Virus record (IMG/VR): IMGVR_UViG_3300015050_001523
Span: 96,001 to 160,000 of that record
DNA from: a virus
Lineage: Duplodnaviria > Caudoviricetes
Reading direction: 5' to 3' (one strand)
Length of the DNA stretch: 64,000 nucleotides
How positions within the stretch are numbered: position 1 is the first letter of the stretch; each line of letters starts with the position of its first letter. A model generated the notes under the pieces. That model worked only from the letters and a program-made list of their open reading frames with translations. It ran no database searches and was not told where the DNA came from. The position numbers were made by a program, and so were the translations under genes. This document shows, one piece after another, positions 8,631 through 18,494 of this stretch.

Positions 8631-9027
8631 AGTTTATCCCAAATTTCTTTTTCATATTCGAAAGAATATAATTCAGAGATTTTCTCCTTTTAATTTCTTT
8701 CCAATAATTTTGTTCAGAAAATTCTATTCCATCTAAATAATAAAATTTTGTTCCATTTACATATTCAGAAGCAGGTCCATCTTCTCGATGAGCCTTTCCG
8801 TGAATATAGTAAAATTTGTCTCCATTAGAAAACTCAACAGCAGGAAGATTTCCATCTCGATGCATTTCTCCATTAATGCACCAATATTTGGTTCCACTTA
8901 GATATTCAATTGCTGGGCCGTCTTCTCGATGAAACCTGTCATTTAAATAATATTTAATTGAAACATCATCAACAATTTTGCCATTTTTTGGTTTTGATTT
9001 ATTGTTTTCCATAACTGTATCATCCAT
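8620..9027 (-). CDS. HREDGPA-repeat protein
   Basis: Three repeats plus YWKEIKRRKSLNYILSN tail. Confidence 0.8.
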   Translation of the reverse strand: MDDTVMENNKSKPKNGKIVDDVSIKYYLNDRFHREDGPAIEYLSGTKYWCINGEMHRDGNLPAVEFSNGDKFYYIHGKAHREDGPASEYVNGTKFYYLDGIEFSEQNYWKEIKRRKSLNYILSNMKKKFGINYEQ

Positions 9028-9421
9028 AAGATGTAAGAAGCAATAACTTTCCTGGTTGCGGTTTTACCCCAAAGAATTTAGCAATTTCTCGAAGCTTTTC
9101 ATCAGCATTGTCAGGGATGGAAAGGTCTCCAATCTCTTGAGCAGCATCCCAGCTACCCGAGACAAACTTAAAGCCAAAAGCATAGCTCGGATCTCCATCA
9201 TATGGCACTCCCCACAAGATGAGCTGCCCGGCTTCTCGCAATGCCGCATTTTCTGCTTTGAAATTGTAATCCTTTGGATTTATTCCGACCGCTTCGTAAA
9301 CCATGGCATTCCATGCCTCGCTAAGCTTATCGAAATGTTCAGATTGGTCATCTTCGTCGCTTTCCCAATCGAATGTATATACAAAACCATAAATAATGTC
9401 AGATTGTGGGCTTTGTCCCAT
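9020..9421 (-). CDS. Hypothetical protein
   Basis: ORF in chain. Confidence 0.65.
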   Translation of the reverse strand: MGQSPQSDIIYGFVYTFDWESDEDDQSEHFDKLSEAWNAMVYEAVGINPKDYNFKAENAALREAGQLILWGVPYDGDPSYAFGFKFVSGSWDAAQEIGDLSIPDNADEKLREIAKFFGVKPQPGKLLLLTSYG

Positions 9422-9423
9422 AT

Positions 9424-9693
9424 TTAATCTTCTCCAAATTTTTCTAATGTATTATTTTTTAAGTAAATTTCTTTATAATTGGAAATTGCTTCATTTAAAG
9501 AAATATTTTCTTTTTTGTTCTCTAAGAGATGTGAAGCGGCAGCACAAGCATTTTGCAAATCTCGCGCATGCAATTTATCATGAGTTGATACGCTCCATAC
9601 ATATTTAACATTATTTCTAAATCCACTGGAGTTATCATAATATTCTCTGGCAGTTAGGTTTGGATATTCATCAATATTTTCAATGCGAATCAT
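9424..9693 (-). CDS. Hypothetical protein
   Basis: ORF in chain. Confidence 0.6.
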   Translation of the reverse strand: MIRIENIDEYPNLTAREYYDNSSGFRNNVKYVWSVSTHDKLHARDLQNACAAASHLLENKKENISLNEAISNYKEIYLKNNTLEKFGED

Positions 9694-9701
9694 AATTTTC
9701 C

Positions 9702-10046
9702 TTATTTTTTTCTGATATCTTCAAGATTAGCTCCTCCATTGCAAAATTTTCGATAAAGTTGCCAATCAATCATTGGCAAAAAATCTTCACAAAGAAGACG
9801 ATTTGTAAGCTCTCCTCCAAGCTTCTCAATCATCAAATTTTTAACATCTTCTGGTAACTCATGCAAAGGATTATTTTTATTTCCATTTGTAAAATGGGTC
9901 CTAATTCTAATTGGTTTGACATCGCTTTCCCAATTAGAACCAAGTGGAGTTAGGTTTACTTCCACAAACAAACTGTTTGAAGGGATATGAAATCCTTTAT
10001 TTAGAAGTCTTGACCAAGTACCCCAATAATCACTCTTGATGAACAT
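9702..10046 (-). CDS. Hypothetical protein, probably leaderless
   Basis: TTGCCA-N17-TATTCT then 6 nt then ATG. Confidence 0.7.
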   Translation of the reverse strand: MFIKSDYWGTWSRLLNKGFHIPSNSLFVEVNLTPLGSNWESDVKPIRIRTHFTNGNKNNPLHELPEDVKNLMIEKLGGELTNRLLCEDFLPMIDWQLYRKFCNGGANLEDIRKK

Positions 10047-10095
10047 GCTTGAAGAATAGCACGTCTTTCAAGGTGTGGCAAGAAATTTTAAGTAT

Positions 10096-10719
10096 TCAAA
10101 AAAAGCGAACCTCTTCCAATAATTCAATTTCTGGTTTTGACTGATTTAAAATTTCTTCTTTCAGAAGAAAAGGAATCATACATTTTGCAGGAACAGAAAA
10201 TATTTGGTCTTGAACAAGTACGCTGTATACAATCCCCAAACAAGAAACAAGCTTATTCTCTTCTTTTTTAATGACCCTCCCAATTAAAGGCTCTTTAAAA
10301 ACTGTCCAACCATACATGGTTTTTGGGTCATGTGATTCAAAAACTATTACTTCTTCATTTGAGTCAAATATAAAGGAATAATTTGATTGCATTCCTTTGT
10401 ATTCTATTTTATTATTATTTCCAAAAAAATGTTCAATTTCAGAAGTTTTTGGATCTGGCAAACTTGAAATTGGTCCTTTAAAAAATCTTTTTGGCCCAAT
10501 ATATTCTTCAATAATGTGCTCGATTCCTAGAGCATTTTTTTCCATATCATGGAGATAATGTGGTCTAAAGTTGCACCAATGAACTTTCAATCCAGGCTTG
10601 AAAAGAATATAATCATATAGCCTTATTTTTTGATTTGTCATTAGATATTCGTTGGTCGCATTTTTGCGATATATTCTTTGCATCCATGATTTTGCATAAA
10701 AAATGCCTTTCCTGCACAA
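10096..10719 (-). CDS. Hypothetical protein
   Basis: Long ORF; start probably MTNQKIR. Confidence 0.65.
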   Translation of the reverse strand: MCRKGIFYAKSWMQRIYRKNATNEYLMTNQKIRLYDYILFKPGLKVHWCNFRPHYLHDMEKNALGIEHIIEEYIGPKRFFKGPISSLPDPKTSEIEHFFGNNNKIEYKGMQSNYSFIFDSNEEVIVFESHDPKTMYGWTVFKEPLIGRVIKKEENKLVSCLGIVYSVLVQDQIFSVPAKCMIPFLLKEEILNQSKPEIELLEEVRFF

Positions 10720-10955
10720 TCAAGAGTTACAGGGTTTCCATTGACAAGAAATGAACATGCTAAATATCCATCATAGTCCGTATCATGTTTCATGCATGAA
10801 ACAAACTTAACATCGGCACCAGCAGCGCTAGCTTCTTTGGCATAAAATTTGGCTTCTTTTTCGGCTTGCTGCTGATTGGCACCGGTCCAATTGAAACAAC
10901 CAGATAAAAAAGTAAGCAAAACAATTGAAGGAATGAATTTTTTAATGCTTTTCAT
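10641..10955 (-). CDS. Putative lipoprotein
   Basis: MKSIKKFIPSIVLLTFLSGC lipobox signal. Confidence 0.75.
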   Translation of the reverse strand: MKSIKKFIPSIVLLTFLSGCFNWTGANQQQAEKEAKFYAKEASAAGADVKFVSCMKHDTDYDGYLACSFLVNGNPVTLDCAGKAFFMQNHGCKEYIAKMRPTNI

Positions 10956-10975
10956 ATAAGTTCTCTTTTCTAAAA

Positions 10976-11329
10976 TTAATCTACTTCGTCAGAACCATCT
11001 CCAAAACAAGTAATATAATCTAATTTTGATTTCCATAAAATTGTTAGCAAGAAAGCAGCAGCTTCTTTGGTGGATTTAAAGTTTGTTGGATTTCCTGAAG
11101 GTTCAGAGCCCATAAGCCCTGCCGAATAATCTGAAATGTCTTCTCCACGATCAATTGAAATATTGTTAGATGATTCATCAATCCAAACAAAAAATCCGCC
11201 TCTGTCATAACCGCTGCTATAAAATAACATTTCTTCAACTTCGACTTCATTATTATGAAATCCCATCGAGAATGAAAGATGTTTGAATTCGTTTGCAAAG
11301 TTTTTTAAAGTATTCATTTTAGTTACCAT
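10976..11329 (-). CDS. Hypothetical protein
   Basis: ORF in chain. Confidence 0.6.
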   Translation of the reverse strand: MVTKMNTLKNFANEFKHLSFSMGFHNNEVEVEEMLFYSSGYDRGGFFVWIDESSNNISIDRGEDISDYSAGLMGSEPSGNPTNFKSTKEAAAFLLTILWKSKLDYITCFGDGSDEVD

Positions 11330-11846
11330 AACGGCTTTTGGTCAATTTGGTAATTTCGAGGATGCTGAAACCAGTATTTATAATTTCGCTAATCGAAACT
11401 TTATTCTTATAAAGCTCGATCATTTTTCCAACCTTTGTTGCGCTTAGAAACTCATTCAAGGTTACATCTTCCTTCCGCTCAGTATAGGACACATTCCATC
11501 GAATGCATGTTATACAAACAGCCCAAAGATGCTGACTTTGCTCGGGAGTAAAAGAAATTTCATTATCATTCAAAAACAAAATGAAATTGGCAATATCTTC
11601 ATATCCTCGAAAATCAAAAGAAATATGATTGACATGATCTTCTTCATTTCGAATCATTGCCATGAAGTCTGAATAAGTTGAACGCTTTGGAGCGTTAACC
11701 CTGCCATTGCTTGGATTTGTTGTTTGAGTTACGAATCGATATCCTTTTCCTGGTTTGAATTCAAGATTAAATGTAATCTTGCATCGAAGCCTTCCATAAG
11801 GATAATCATTGCTAACTTGCTCGCCAGTCAAAATTTCGTACTTCAT
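11319..11846 (-). CDS. Hypothetical phage protein
   Basis: YPYGRLRC..FVTQTTNPSNGRVNAPKRSTYS motif-rich N-terminus. Confidence 0.7.
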   Translation of the reverse strand: MKYEILTGEQVSNDYPYGRLRCKITFNLEFKPGKGYRFVTQTTNPSNGRVNAPKRSTYSDFMAMIRNEEDHVNHISFDFRGYEDIANFILFLNDNEISFTPEQSQHLWAVCITCIRWNVSYTERKEDVTLNEFLSATKVGKMIELYKNKVSISEIINTGFSILEITKLTKSRYGN

Positions 11847-11872
11847 TATGTGATTTCCTTTTTGTTTTAGTT

Positions 11873-12115
11873 TTACTTCAATTCAGCTTGACCAAGTTCA
11901 TAGGTAATAATATATTGGTATCTGCAACCGAACCATTTATATTCAGTTCTTACTGGCTGAGCACACATAACAAACATGAATTGTTTAACGGCTAAACATA
12001 AACGCTGAACAAACTTGAATCGAGAGTTATGCGCATATTTTTCGGCGACTTCGGCTTCAACGCGAGCAAAGGCAAGAGAATTCATGATTCGTCGAAATTT
12101 GTTTGTAATACGCAT
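11873..12115 (-). CDS. Hypothetical protein
   Basis: ORF in chain. Confidence 0.55.
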   Translation of the reverse strand: MRITNKFRRIMNSLAFARVEAEVAEKYAHNSRFKFVQRLCLAVKQFMFVMCAQPVRTEYKWFGCRYQYIITYELGQAELK

Positions 12116-12421
12116 TTAACTACTATTTTTAGTATTGTTTTGTATATGCTCAGCTGCGACTGCAAAAGCTTTAGCTCTTCCCGCATGATATTGTGCAGAA
12201 TCTAAATGCTCATTATCTCGATAAGAAGAAGCTAGTATAAGATCCATTTTTTCAAGAGCATTAAGTTCTTTATGAATTGAATCAATTATACTTTTCACTT
12301 TTTCTAGAGCATCAACCATATCTTCATCAGGTGTGGTTGGCGCAAAGATTGCTGATTCAAGTTCTTTAAGGGATTCTTGTAGATTCATGTTTGAAGCTCC
12401 AATGATGGTAGAATAGCACAC
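12116..12421 (-). CDS. Hypothetical protein
   Basis: ORF; start probably MNLQES. Confidence 0.6.
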   Translation of the reverse strand: MCYSTIIGASNMNLQESLKELESAIFAPTTPDEDMVDALEKVKSIIDSIHKELNALEKMDLILASSYRDNEHLDSAQYHAGRAKAFAVAAEHIQNNTKNSS

Positions 12422-12433
12422 GAAAAAAAGATG

Positions 12434-12736
12434 TCAATATGGCCGAGGAGGAAAAAGAAATGGGAGAAAAGGCTTAATTTGTTTTTGCAAATTTTGCATT
12501 TGCTTAATCTTATCTTTTTTTTCTTTTTCCAAGTAATCAACATAACAAGACGGACAAAACCATTTAGGAGGTTTATTTTTTGATTGATAATTTATTGATT
12601 GAGTTCCCCAACCAATTGATACTGCATCTTTTCCACGAGAAGGTCCAATTGTCTTGCATGTTTCACAAGTGGCTTTATTATTTGATTTCGCTTGTCCCAT
12701 TATTTTCCAAATCTTTTTTTGTCCAATTTTCACCAT
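12434..12736 (-). CDS. Zn-finger-like hypothetical protein
   Basis: CETC..CPSC pairs. Confidence 0.6.
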   Translation of the reverse strand: MVKIGQKKIWKIMGQAKSNNKATCETCKTIGPSRGKDAVSIGWGTQSINYQSKNKPPKWFCPSCYVDYLEKEKKDKIKQMQNLQKQIKPFLPFLFPPRPY

Positions 12737-12848
12737 AGGAAGAAAGTGGCAAACAGAATTTTACACGCCAACAGGCTAACACACAAGCATGATGGCATTT
12801 TCCATCGTCAGGACATTTTATAATGCATTTTTGTTGTTCATTGTTCAT
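12678..12848 (-). CDS. Small Cys-rich protein not in the ORF track (56 aa)
   Basis: Hand translation MNNEQQKCIIKCPDDGKCHHACVLACWRVKFCLPLSSYGENW... Confidence 0.5.
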   Translation of the reverse strand: MNNEQQKCIIKCPDDGKCHHACVLACWRVKFCLPLSSYGENWTKKDLENNGTSEIK

Positions 12849-13402
12849 AGCCGACCACCTATTTCGGCAATCTGATTGTCATTATAATATTCTTCGTCAT
12901 AATTGTCATTATAAAACATTTCATTATGATTGAATGGTGGTTTTGCCCATTTTGAAATAATATCTTTTGAAAAAAGAAAGAGTTCTTTTTGAATGTTTGG
13001 AGATAGACCACCCGCCATTAAACAAACTTCATTATAAATTTTAGAAGATTGATAATATTGGTTCTCATTATCAATATCTGTTTCAAATTTGTAATTATAA
13101 AATATAAAATTTGTTATACTGATAAAATCTAAATCTTGATTTAGCATATTGTAAAGTGAAATTTCATACATTAATGCATTTTTCTCTGATTGATTTCTTT
13201 CTTTTAACGATAAAGAACTATAAAATTTATCCATTTCCAATAGATTTAGCATAAAATCATGTTTTGATTCAAATTTATTTTTGATATCAAAACAGTGGCC
13301 TAGATCATGGATAATGAATCTTGAACCAGGTCGACCTTCGATCTTTTTTTCTAGTTTTTGAATATTGTTTAGAAATTCTTCTTTTTCAGATAAAGAAATC
13401 AT
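12845..13402 (-). CDS. Hypothetical protein, paralog of 1..346
   Basis: IIHDLGH and RNQSEKNALMYEISL match ILHEVGH and QNLSERNALLYEISL. Confidence 0.75.
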   Translation of the reverse strand: MISLSEKEEFLNNIQKLEKKIEGRPGSRFIIHDLGHCFDIKNKFESKHDFMLNLLEMDKFYSSLSLKERNQSEKNALMYEISLYNMLNQDLDFISITNFIFYNYKFETDIDNENQYYQSSKIYNEVCLMAGGLSPNIQKELFLFSKDIISKWAKPPFNHNEMFYNDNYDEEYYNDNQIAEIGGRL

Positions 13403-13812
13403 TTACTTATCCTTTCATTTAAGGATTGAGGATCAAATTTTTTTTCATAATTTTCAAAGTCTACAAAATCTTCACGCACAAGAGGAGAACGATACACGCC
13501 TTCTCTGAGCTTGATTTGGCTGGAGAAGTCAGATGTCCATCCTTCAGGAAAAGACGCCTCTACAGCCTCCACAGAAGCTCCTGATGCATATTCTACATAT
13601 GGACCAACGGCCGATTCAAGAACAACAGAAATTTCTTGGCAAACAAATGGTTTTATTTTTTGACAAATCTGTGGCCCTCCATAAGAATAGCCAAAACATA
13701 AATCTGTAATCATCCATGGATATCTTTGGCTATCTTTAATTTCCCACCAAATACTTCCTATCTTTGCATTTTTAGATGAATCTGGGAGTTTTACAATTTT
13801 ATGATTTTTCAT
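13399..13812 (-). CDS. Hypothetical protein
   Basis: ORF in chain. Confidence 0.6.
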   Translation of the reverse strand: MKNHKIVKLPDSSKNAKIGSIWWEIKDSQRYPWMITDLCFGYSYGGPQICQKIKPFVCQEISVVLESAVGPYVEYASGASVEAVEASFPEGWTSDFSSQIKLREGVYRSPLVREDFVDFENYEKKFDPQSLNERISK

Positions 13813-13824
13813 CTTAAATCTTAT

Positions 13825-14232
13825 TTAGGTTTGAAGTTTTAATGGTCCAATTCGAGCCATAAGATCAGGAAAGAATTCTAGGGCCAATGACCACATCATT
13901 TCGAAATCGAGCGTTCCTTGGACAATGAAGTTTCCGTTAGAGTTTGGGCGAGGATCTCCGCTTCGATCCCAAAACGAAAGCATTGTCCAACCATTTTTAT
14001 GATGGAGACAAGCCACGCCAAGAGGTTGGGAATCTCCCGGAATTCCTTGTGGTTGCATCTTTCCGTCGATTTCCCACCCCCACGGAATCTGTGGTTTGTT
14101 GATGAAAGTCATCCCTCGAAGCTCGGGCTCTCTCCCTGACATTCCTGGCTTGGGCGTCGGCATTGTCATACATGAGGTATAGAAATGATGACCGGGAGAA
14201 TCTCCCTTTCCATAAAAATAGATATTTAGCAT
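13825..14232 (-). CDS. Hypothetical phage protein
   Basis: ORF in chain (YFYG..PGHHF, WTMLSFWDRSGDPRPNSN). Confidence 0.7.
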   Translation of the reverse strand: MLNIYFYGKGDSPGHHFYTSCMTMPTPKPGMSGREPELRGMTFINKPQIPWGWEIDGKMQPQGIPGDSQPLGVACLHHKNGWTMLSFWDRSGDPRPNSNGNFIVQGTLDFEMMWSLALEFFPDLMARIGPLKLQT

Positions 14233-14242
14233 AGAATTTTCT

Positions 14243-14698
14243 TTAAAATTTATTTAGGATTTGAATGGCGAACCAACATAAAAATCCAATAAATGATGCG
14301 CTCAAGAGAAATCCGCAAAACCACATAAAATAAATCATTTTTTCCATTTTATTTTTTCCTTTTAATTGTTTTTTAACTTTCAAATTTTTACAATAATCTT
14401 CTTTTGAAAAGAAGCGTTTCCCATTTAAAAAATACCATTTGTCTCCATTGGAATGTTCAATTGCAGGGCTGTTTTCCCGATGAAGAAGATCATTTATATA
14501 CCAAGATTTAGTTCCGTCAGAATATTCAACAGCAGGACCATCTTCTCGATGGCGTTTTCCATTGATATACCAAACTTTGGTTCCTTTTGGATTCTCCCAT
14601 GCAGGACCATCTTCTCTATGAAGAATATCATTTACAAAATAAACCCTGATCCCATCTTTTGGGTCAATAAATAATCCATTTTTCATATTTTTCATCAT
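14243..14698 (-). CDS. HREDGPA-repeat protein with C-terminal transmembrane helix
   Basis: Three repeats then MIYFMWFCGFLLSASFIGFLCWFAIQI. Confidence 0.75.
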   Translation of the reverse strand: MMKNMKNGLFIDPKDGIRVYFVNDILHREDGPAWENPKGTKVWYINGKRHREDGPAVEYSDGTKSWYINDLLHRENSPAIEHSNGDKWYFLNGKRFFSKEDYCKNLKVKKQLKGKNKMEKMIYFMWFCGFLLSASFIGFLCWFAIQILNKF

Positions 14699-15024
14699 CG
14701 GTCGAAATATCCATTATTTTCTGACTTTGTATCAGAAAAAGTATAAGTCATTTCAATATATTTAATTTCGCCTCGCTGATCAGCCACATGTTCTTTTGTA
14801 GTTCCATATGAAATAAACCATCCAGCAGCACGAAAACGATCAAGAGCGGCTTCGATTGTAATGTTTGGATATTTGTCTGGATGATTTGAAATTTTTACTT
14901 CAAAAGGAATCGAAACCGCTCGATTAATTTGATCGTTAATTATTTTTGACAATTTAATTGAAAGCTCTGAGCTTTCGGCTGTAAGTTTGTTGCGTATTTG
15001 TTTTGGTGTTGTAATATTTGTCAT
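14695..15024 (-). CDS. Hypothetical protein
   Basis: ORF in chain. Confidence 0.6.
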   Translation of the reverse strand: MTNITTPKQIRNKLTAESSELSIKLSKIINDQINRAVSIPFEVKISNHPDKYPNITIEAALDRFRAAGWFISYGTTKEHVADQRGEIKYIEMTYTFSDTKSENNGYFDR

Positions 15025-15030
15025 AATTTT

Positions 15031-15357
15031 TTAAACCCAATAAATCCCTTTCTCTTTATCAAAGTCATTTTTAATTCGAGGATCTGCAACCCAGCTAAGC
15101 ATTTCGAATATAGCACCATTTTGAATGTCCCATTCAAGACAATAAAATAATATGGGTCCACTTGACCATGGAGCTATTTGCAATTTTTCACGGATTACTC
15201 CGCGCTCAGGATGCTTCCATTTTCGTAATGGAGTCTTCTCTTCATACATTTCTAAAAATGTAGAAATAGTAGAGGTATCTGATGGCAAAGGCTCCAAATC
15301 TTTTACAAAATCTAATGCACTTTGAGTAAGGCCAACTATTTGAATTGAGCGTGACAT
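15031..15357 (-). CDS. Hypothetical phage protein
   Basis: ORF in chain. Confidence 0.65.
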   Translation of the reverse strand: MSRSIQIVGLTQSALDFVKDLEPLPSDTSTISTFLEMYEEKTPLRKWKHPERGVIREKLQIAPWSSGPILFYCLEWDIQNGAIFEMLSWVADPRIKNDFDKEKGIYWV

Positions 15358-15527
15358 AATTTTATCCTTAATTGTTTTAATTCAAAAGAAAAGGGAGCCC
15401 AATATCAGAAATTGATTGGAGCCGAAAGATGCCAGAATCATTAGCAACAAAAATTAATTTTTGTTTGACTGCTCTTTTTGGAGGAGTTCCGTCCATCGTA
15501 GAAAGGTGAATTGTTCGAATAATTTCT

Positions 15528-15866
15528 TTAGTTATCATAAATATTGCAGGAGAATTTCTCATTTGATGCTGAGAAATCATGATTATTATAATCAGCTTGG
15601 GATGGGTCAGAACACCAAGCAGATAAAATCCATTCTTCTCCGTCAAAAAATTTTTCTATAAGTTGATATTGACAAACTCGAACATCTTCTTCATTTAGAT
15701 CGGTAGGAGGATCTAGATAATAATGGAAAGAGCCATCTTTAAAGACTCCTTTTATAATATCAAAAGAACCTCTCTCCCAATTGAATTCAGTTGAGAATAG
15801 ATTATAAACTTCTTCAATTTGAAGCAGATCAAAAAAAACGTCAAGGGACCAAAATTCCATAATCAT
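15528..15866 (-). CDS. Hypothetical protein
   Basis: ORF in chain. Confidence 0.6.
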   Translation of the reverse strand: MIMEFWSLDVFFDLLQIEEVYNLFSTEFNWERGSFDIIKGVFKDGSFHYYLDPPTDLNEEDVRVCQYQLIEKFFDGEEWILSAWCSDPSQADYNNHDFSASNEKFSCNIYDN

Positions 15867-15948
15867 ATTATTTTATTTCCTTTTATTGCTCGGGATCCAA
15901 GCCATCCACCATAGAAAGAGAAAAGAACCAGCCAAATTTCATTATTTA

Positions 15949-16317
15949 TCATGGATTTTTAATTAGTCGAGCAACAGCCCATCCATCCATTTCGGTTTCT
16001 CCGTCATCTTCTTCAGGAAAATAATTGGACACAATTGCAACATAAATTCCTGGATGGCTAAGAATATGATCTTCGAGATAGCCACCAATAAATTCTGAAT
16101 TGTGCATAATGGGTCCCATATATCGGCCGCTAGGTCCGCTTCCAGCTTGGCTAGAAAACCCAGATAGAAGTTCCCACTCAGAGGAGTCTAGCTTCCCTTC
16201 CCACAATTCAGGAGCTGAAATTGAGTTTGGTCCGTCCGTAACAGAACCGTCCTCATGAACCGTTACAATATGATCAAAGTCCATAATGCTGCTCAGGGAT
16301 TTTTGATTGGTGCTCAT
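15949..16317 (-). CDS. Hypothetical protein, probably leaderless
   Basis: TTGCTC-N17-TATCCT then 6 nt then ATG. Confidence 0.7.
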   Translation of the reverse strand: MSTNQKSLSSIMDFDHIVTVHEDGSVTDGPNSISAPELWEGKLDSSEWELLSGFSSQAGSGPSGRYMGPIMHNSEFIGGYLEDHILSHPGIYVAIVSNYFPEEDDGETEMDGWAVARLIKNP

Positions 16318-16357
16318 AAGAAGAGGATAGCATGAGACGAATAGAGGAGCAAGAATT

Positions 16358-16777
16358 TTAAATGGCTTCTAGATTACAATATTGAAACCATAAAGTTCCA
16401 AATTTTGGATGTTTTGTTTTGACATATTGTCCTGGAGCTACGATTTCTTTACTATTATAAAATTGAATTGTTTCTTTCGCCTTAATAATAGATTTACAAC
16501 CTGACAAATTTCCACACTGGCAACCGATTAATTCACAATTAATTAAAGACATATAAGAAAATACATAAAGTCGTTTCTTTTTTTGGTTAAATTTAATTGA
16601 TTTAGATTTTTTGTAAGGCTTCCTAAAAAGATGCCGAAAGGGAAAATGTTGGCATCTAATTGTTCCAAATAATTTTAATTTATTTTGTTCGGATAAAGAT
16701 AATTTAATGAAAGCAAATTTTTTTATAGCTGGTCGTGAATCAAACTTTATCAAACATTTTTCATTTATAGGATTCAT
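16358..16777 (-). CDS. Hypothetical basic protein
   Basis: ORF in chain. Confidence 0.6.
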   Translation of the reverse strand: MNPINEKCLIKFDSRPAIKKFAFIKLSLSEQNKLKLFGTIRCQHFPFRHLFRKPYKKSKSIKFNQKKKRLYVFSYMSLINCELIGCQCGNLSGCKSIIKAKETIQFYNSKEIVAPGQYVKTKHPKFGTLWFQYCNLEAI

Positions 16778-17370
16778 GCTTCTCTTTCAAACATTGTACA
16801 TTGATTATTTGCGTCCAAAAATAATGGCCGAGAATAATTAACAGGTTTTCCTTGATCAGCATGGCATCTAAATTGTCTATCTATTTTGCCATTTACATCT
16901 TCAGACCATTTAGCGAATCGACATAATTTTCCACATGGAGTTTTGTTTGGCGGCGGAATTTGTTTCCCTGGCAATCTTATTTGTGCCAAAACTGCACCAT
17001 TTTTATCAACAATTTCTGCCATTACTTTTTCAAGTTTTTTCTCTCTTTCTTTAGATAGGGAAAGTTCTTCATTTGCTTCTTTAAGCTTTTTTGTTGATAA
17101 TTCGATGGTGCTTCTAAGAGAATTTAATTCTTCATTTGCATTTGTTATTTTTTGCTGAACTTCTGAATCAAGCCTGGCGCCAGGCAAAGCTAATTGGCCG
17201 CGAATATTTCCATCATCATCAAGAACCTCGACAAGAGTTTCTTCTAGCATCAACCTTTTATTTTTTTCTTCTTCAAGAAAATTAATTAATGTTTTGTTTC
17301 TCTTTGCGATATAGAAAAAAGGAATTCCAAAAACAGGAATTAAAATTATTGTAAAAATGAAATATCCCAT
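16774..17370 (-). CDS. Membrane-anchored coiled-coil protein with Cys-rich tail
   Basis: N-terminal TM segment, E/K-rich coiled coil, CGKLC..C..C. Confidence 0.7.
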   Translation of the reverse strand: MGYFIFTIILIPVFGIPFFYIAKRNKTLINFLEEEKNKRLMLEETLVEVLDDDGNIRGQLALPGARLDSEVQQKITNANEELNSLRSTIELSTKKLKEANEELSLSKEREKKLEKVMAEIVDKNGAVLAQIRLPGKQIPPPNKTPCGKLCRFAKWSEDVNGKIDRQFRCHADQGKPVNYSRPLFLDANNQCTMFEREA

Positions 17371-17371
17371 T

Positions 17372-17764
17372 TTAAAAATTGATCATTGCGTATAGATATA
17401 GTTTTCCAAATAGCCAAGCAATTGTTGGAAAAATCATATAATATGAAACAAAGTGAATAAAGGTTTGTTTCATATTGGCTTTATCTTGCTTTTGCTTTTT
17501 CTCTAGATCGTCCTGGTCCTGATTTATTTCACTCTTGTCGAGTTGAAGCCAAATAATAACAGAAGAGGATCCGCTAAGCCAACTACAAATCGACCACAAC
17601 GCAACAGCGTGCCAAATCCCAATCGGAATGACACCAAGAGGGACCACAAACCATCCCCATAGCTGAGTCAAGACCCAGCCACTCCAAACTATGGCTGGAA
17701 AAAATAGTAAGAATTGAGCGAGGGAGAACCCCCAATGATTTTTATAATTTTTTTTGTGATTCAT
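17372..17764 (-). CDS. Membrane protein
   Basis: Three hydrophobic segments. Confidence 0.7.
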   Translation of the reverse strand: MNHKKNYKNHWGFSLAQFLLFFPAIVWSGWVLTQLWGWFVVPLGVIPIGIWHAVALWSICSWLSGSSSVIIWLQLDKSEINQDQDDLEKKQKQDKANMKQTFIHFVSYYMIFPTIAWLFGKLYLYAMINF

Positions 17765-17790
17765 TTTGATTCTTTCTGACTTTATGGTTT

Positions 17791-18480
17791 TTATTCATTT
17801 TCTTTTAAATCGCTTTCAAGCCAAATTGTGGTAACCATGCAGTCTTTTGAAAGCATCATTGGATTACCATCAATATCATGTGCGTGAATTATTCCATCTT
17901 TAATATAACCAGGGCTTGATATCCATGGCTCACGACTTGGACATTCAATTGACCATCTCTTTTCTGGGTCTGAGCTGGAAACTACTACCTCAAGAAGATA
18001 TACCATTCCTAAAAATCCCGAAATAAGTAGAATGAGAATCCCAAATGGAATAATTAGGTCGGACCAGTTATCCAACACGTTCAATAAATGCCTGAATGAA
18101 AATTTCAGTTTTGCACTAACCTTTTCAAATCGAGTTGAAGGGCCAGTAACTGGAGGAATTCGATATGGATTATTCATTTGTTTAATTTCTTTCCAATACT
18201 CTTGTTCTGAAAATTCTTTTCCTTCTATATAAAATAAGGTATATCCATCAAAATATGAGAATGCCGGGCCGTCAAGCTTATGAAGTTCTCCATTTTTATA
18301 CCAAAATTTTGATCCATTTGCAAATTCAACAGCAGGACCATCTTCTCGGTGAAGCTTTCCTTCAACCCACCATTCTTTGGTTCCATTTATCCATTCAACA
18401 ACATGGCCGTTTTCTTGTTTATATGTTTTATTTATCTCAGGAAACATGGCTGCCCATTGCCGCCATCTTGTCAAAAACAA
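17791..18480 (-). CDS. HREDGPA-repeat protein fused to a TM/extracellular domain
   Basis: Two repeats, YWKEIK, then TM IIPFGILILLISGFLGMVYLL. Confidence 0.7.
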   Translation of the reverse strand: MFLTRWRQWAAMFPEINKTYKQENGHVVEWINGTKEWWVEGKLHREDGPAVEFANGSKFWYKNGELHKLDGPAFSYFDGYTLFYIEGKEFSEQEYWKEIKQMNNPYRIPPVTGPSTRFEKVSAKLKFSFRHLLNVLDNWSDLIIPFGILILLISGFLGMVYLLEVVVSSSDPEKRWSIECPSREPWISSPGYIKDGIIHAHDIDGNPMMLSKDCMVTTIWLESDLKENE

Positions 18481-18494
18481 GGCTTGGATCCAAA

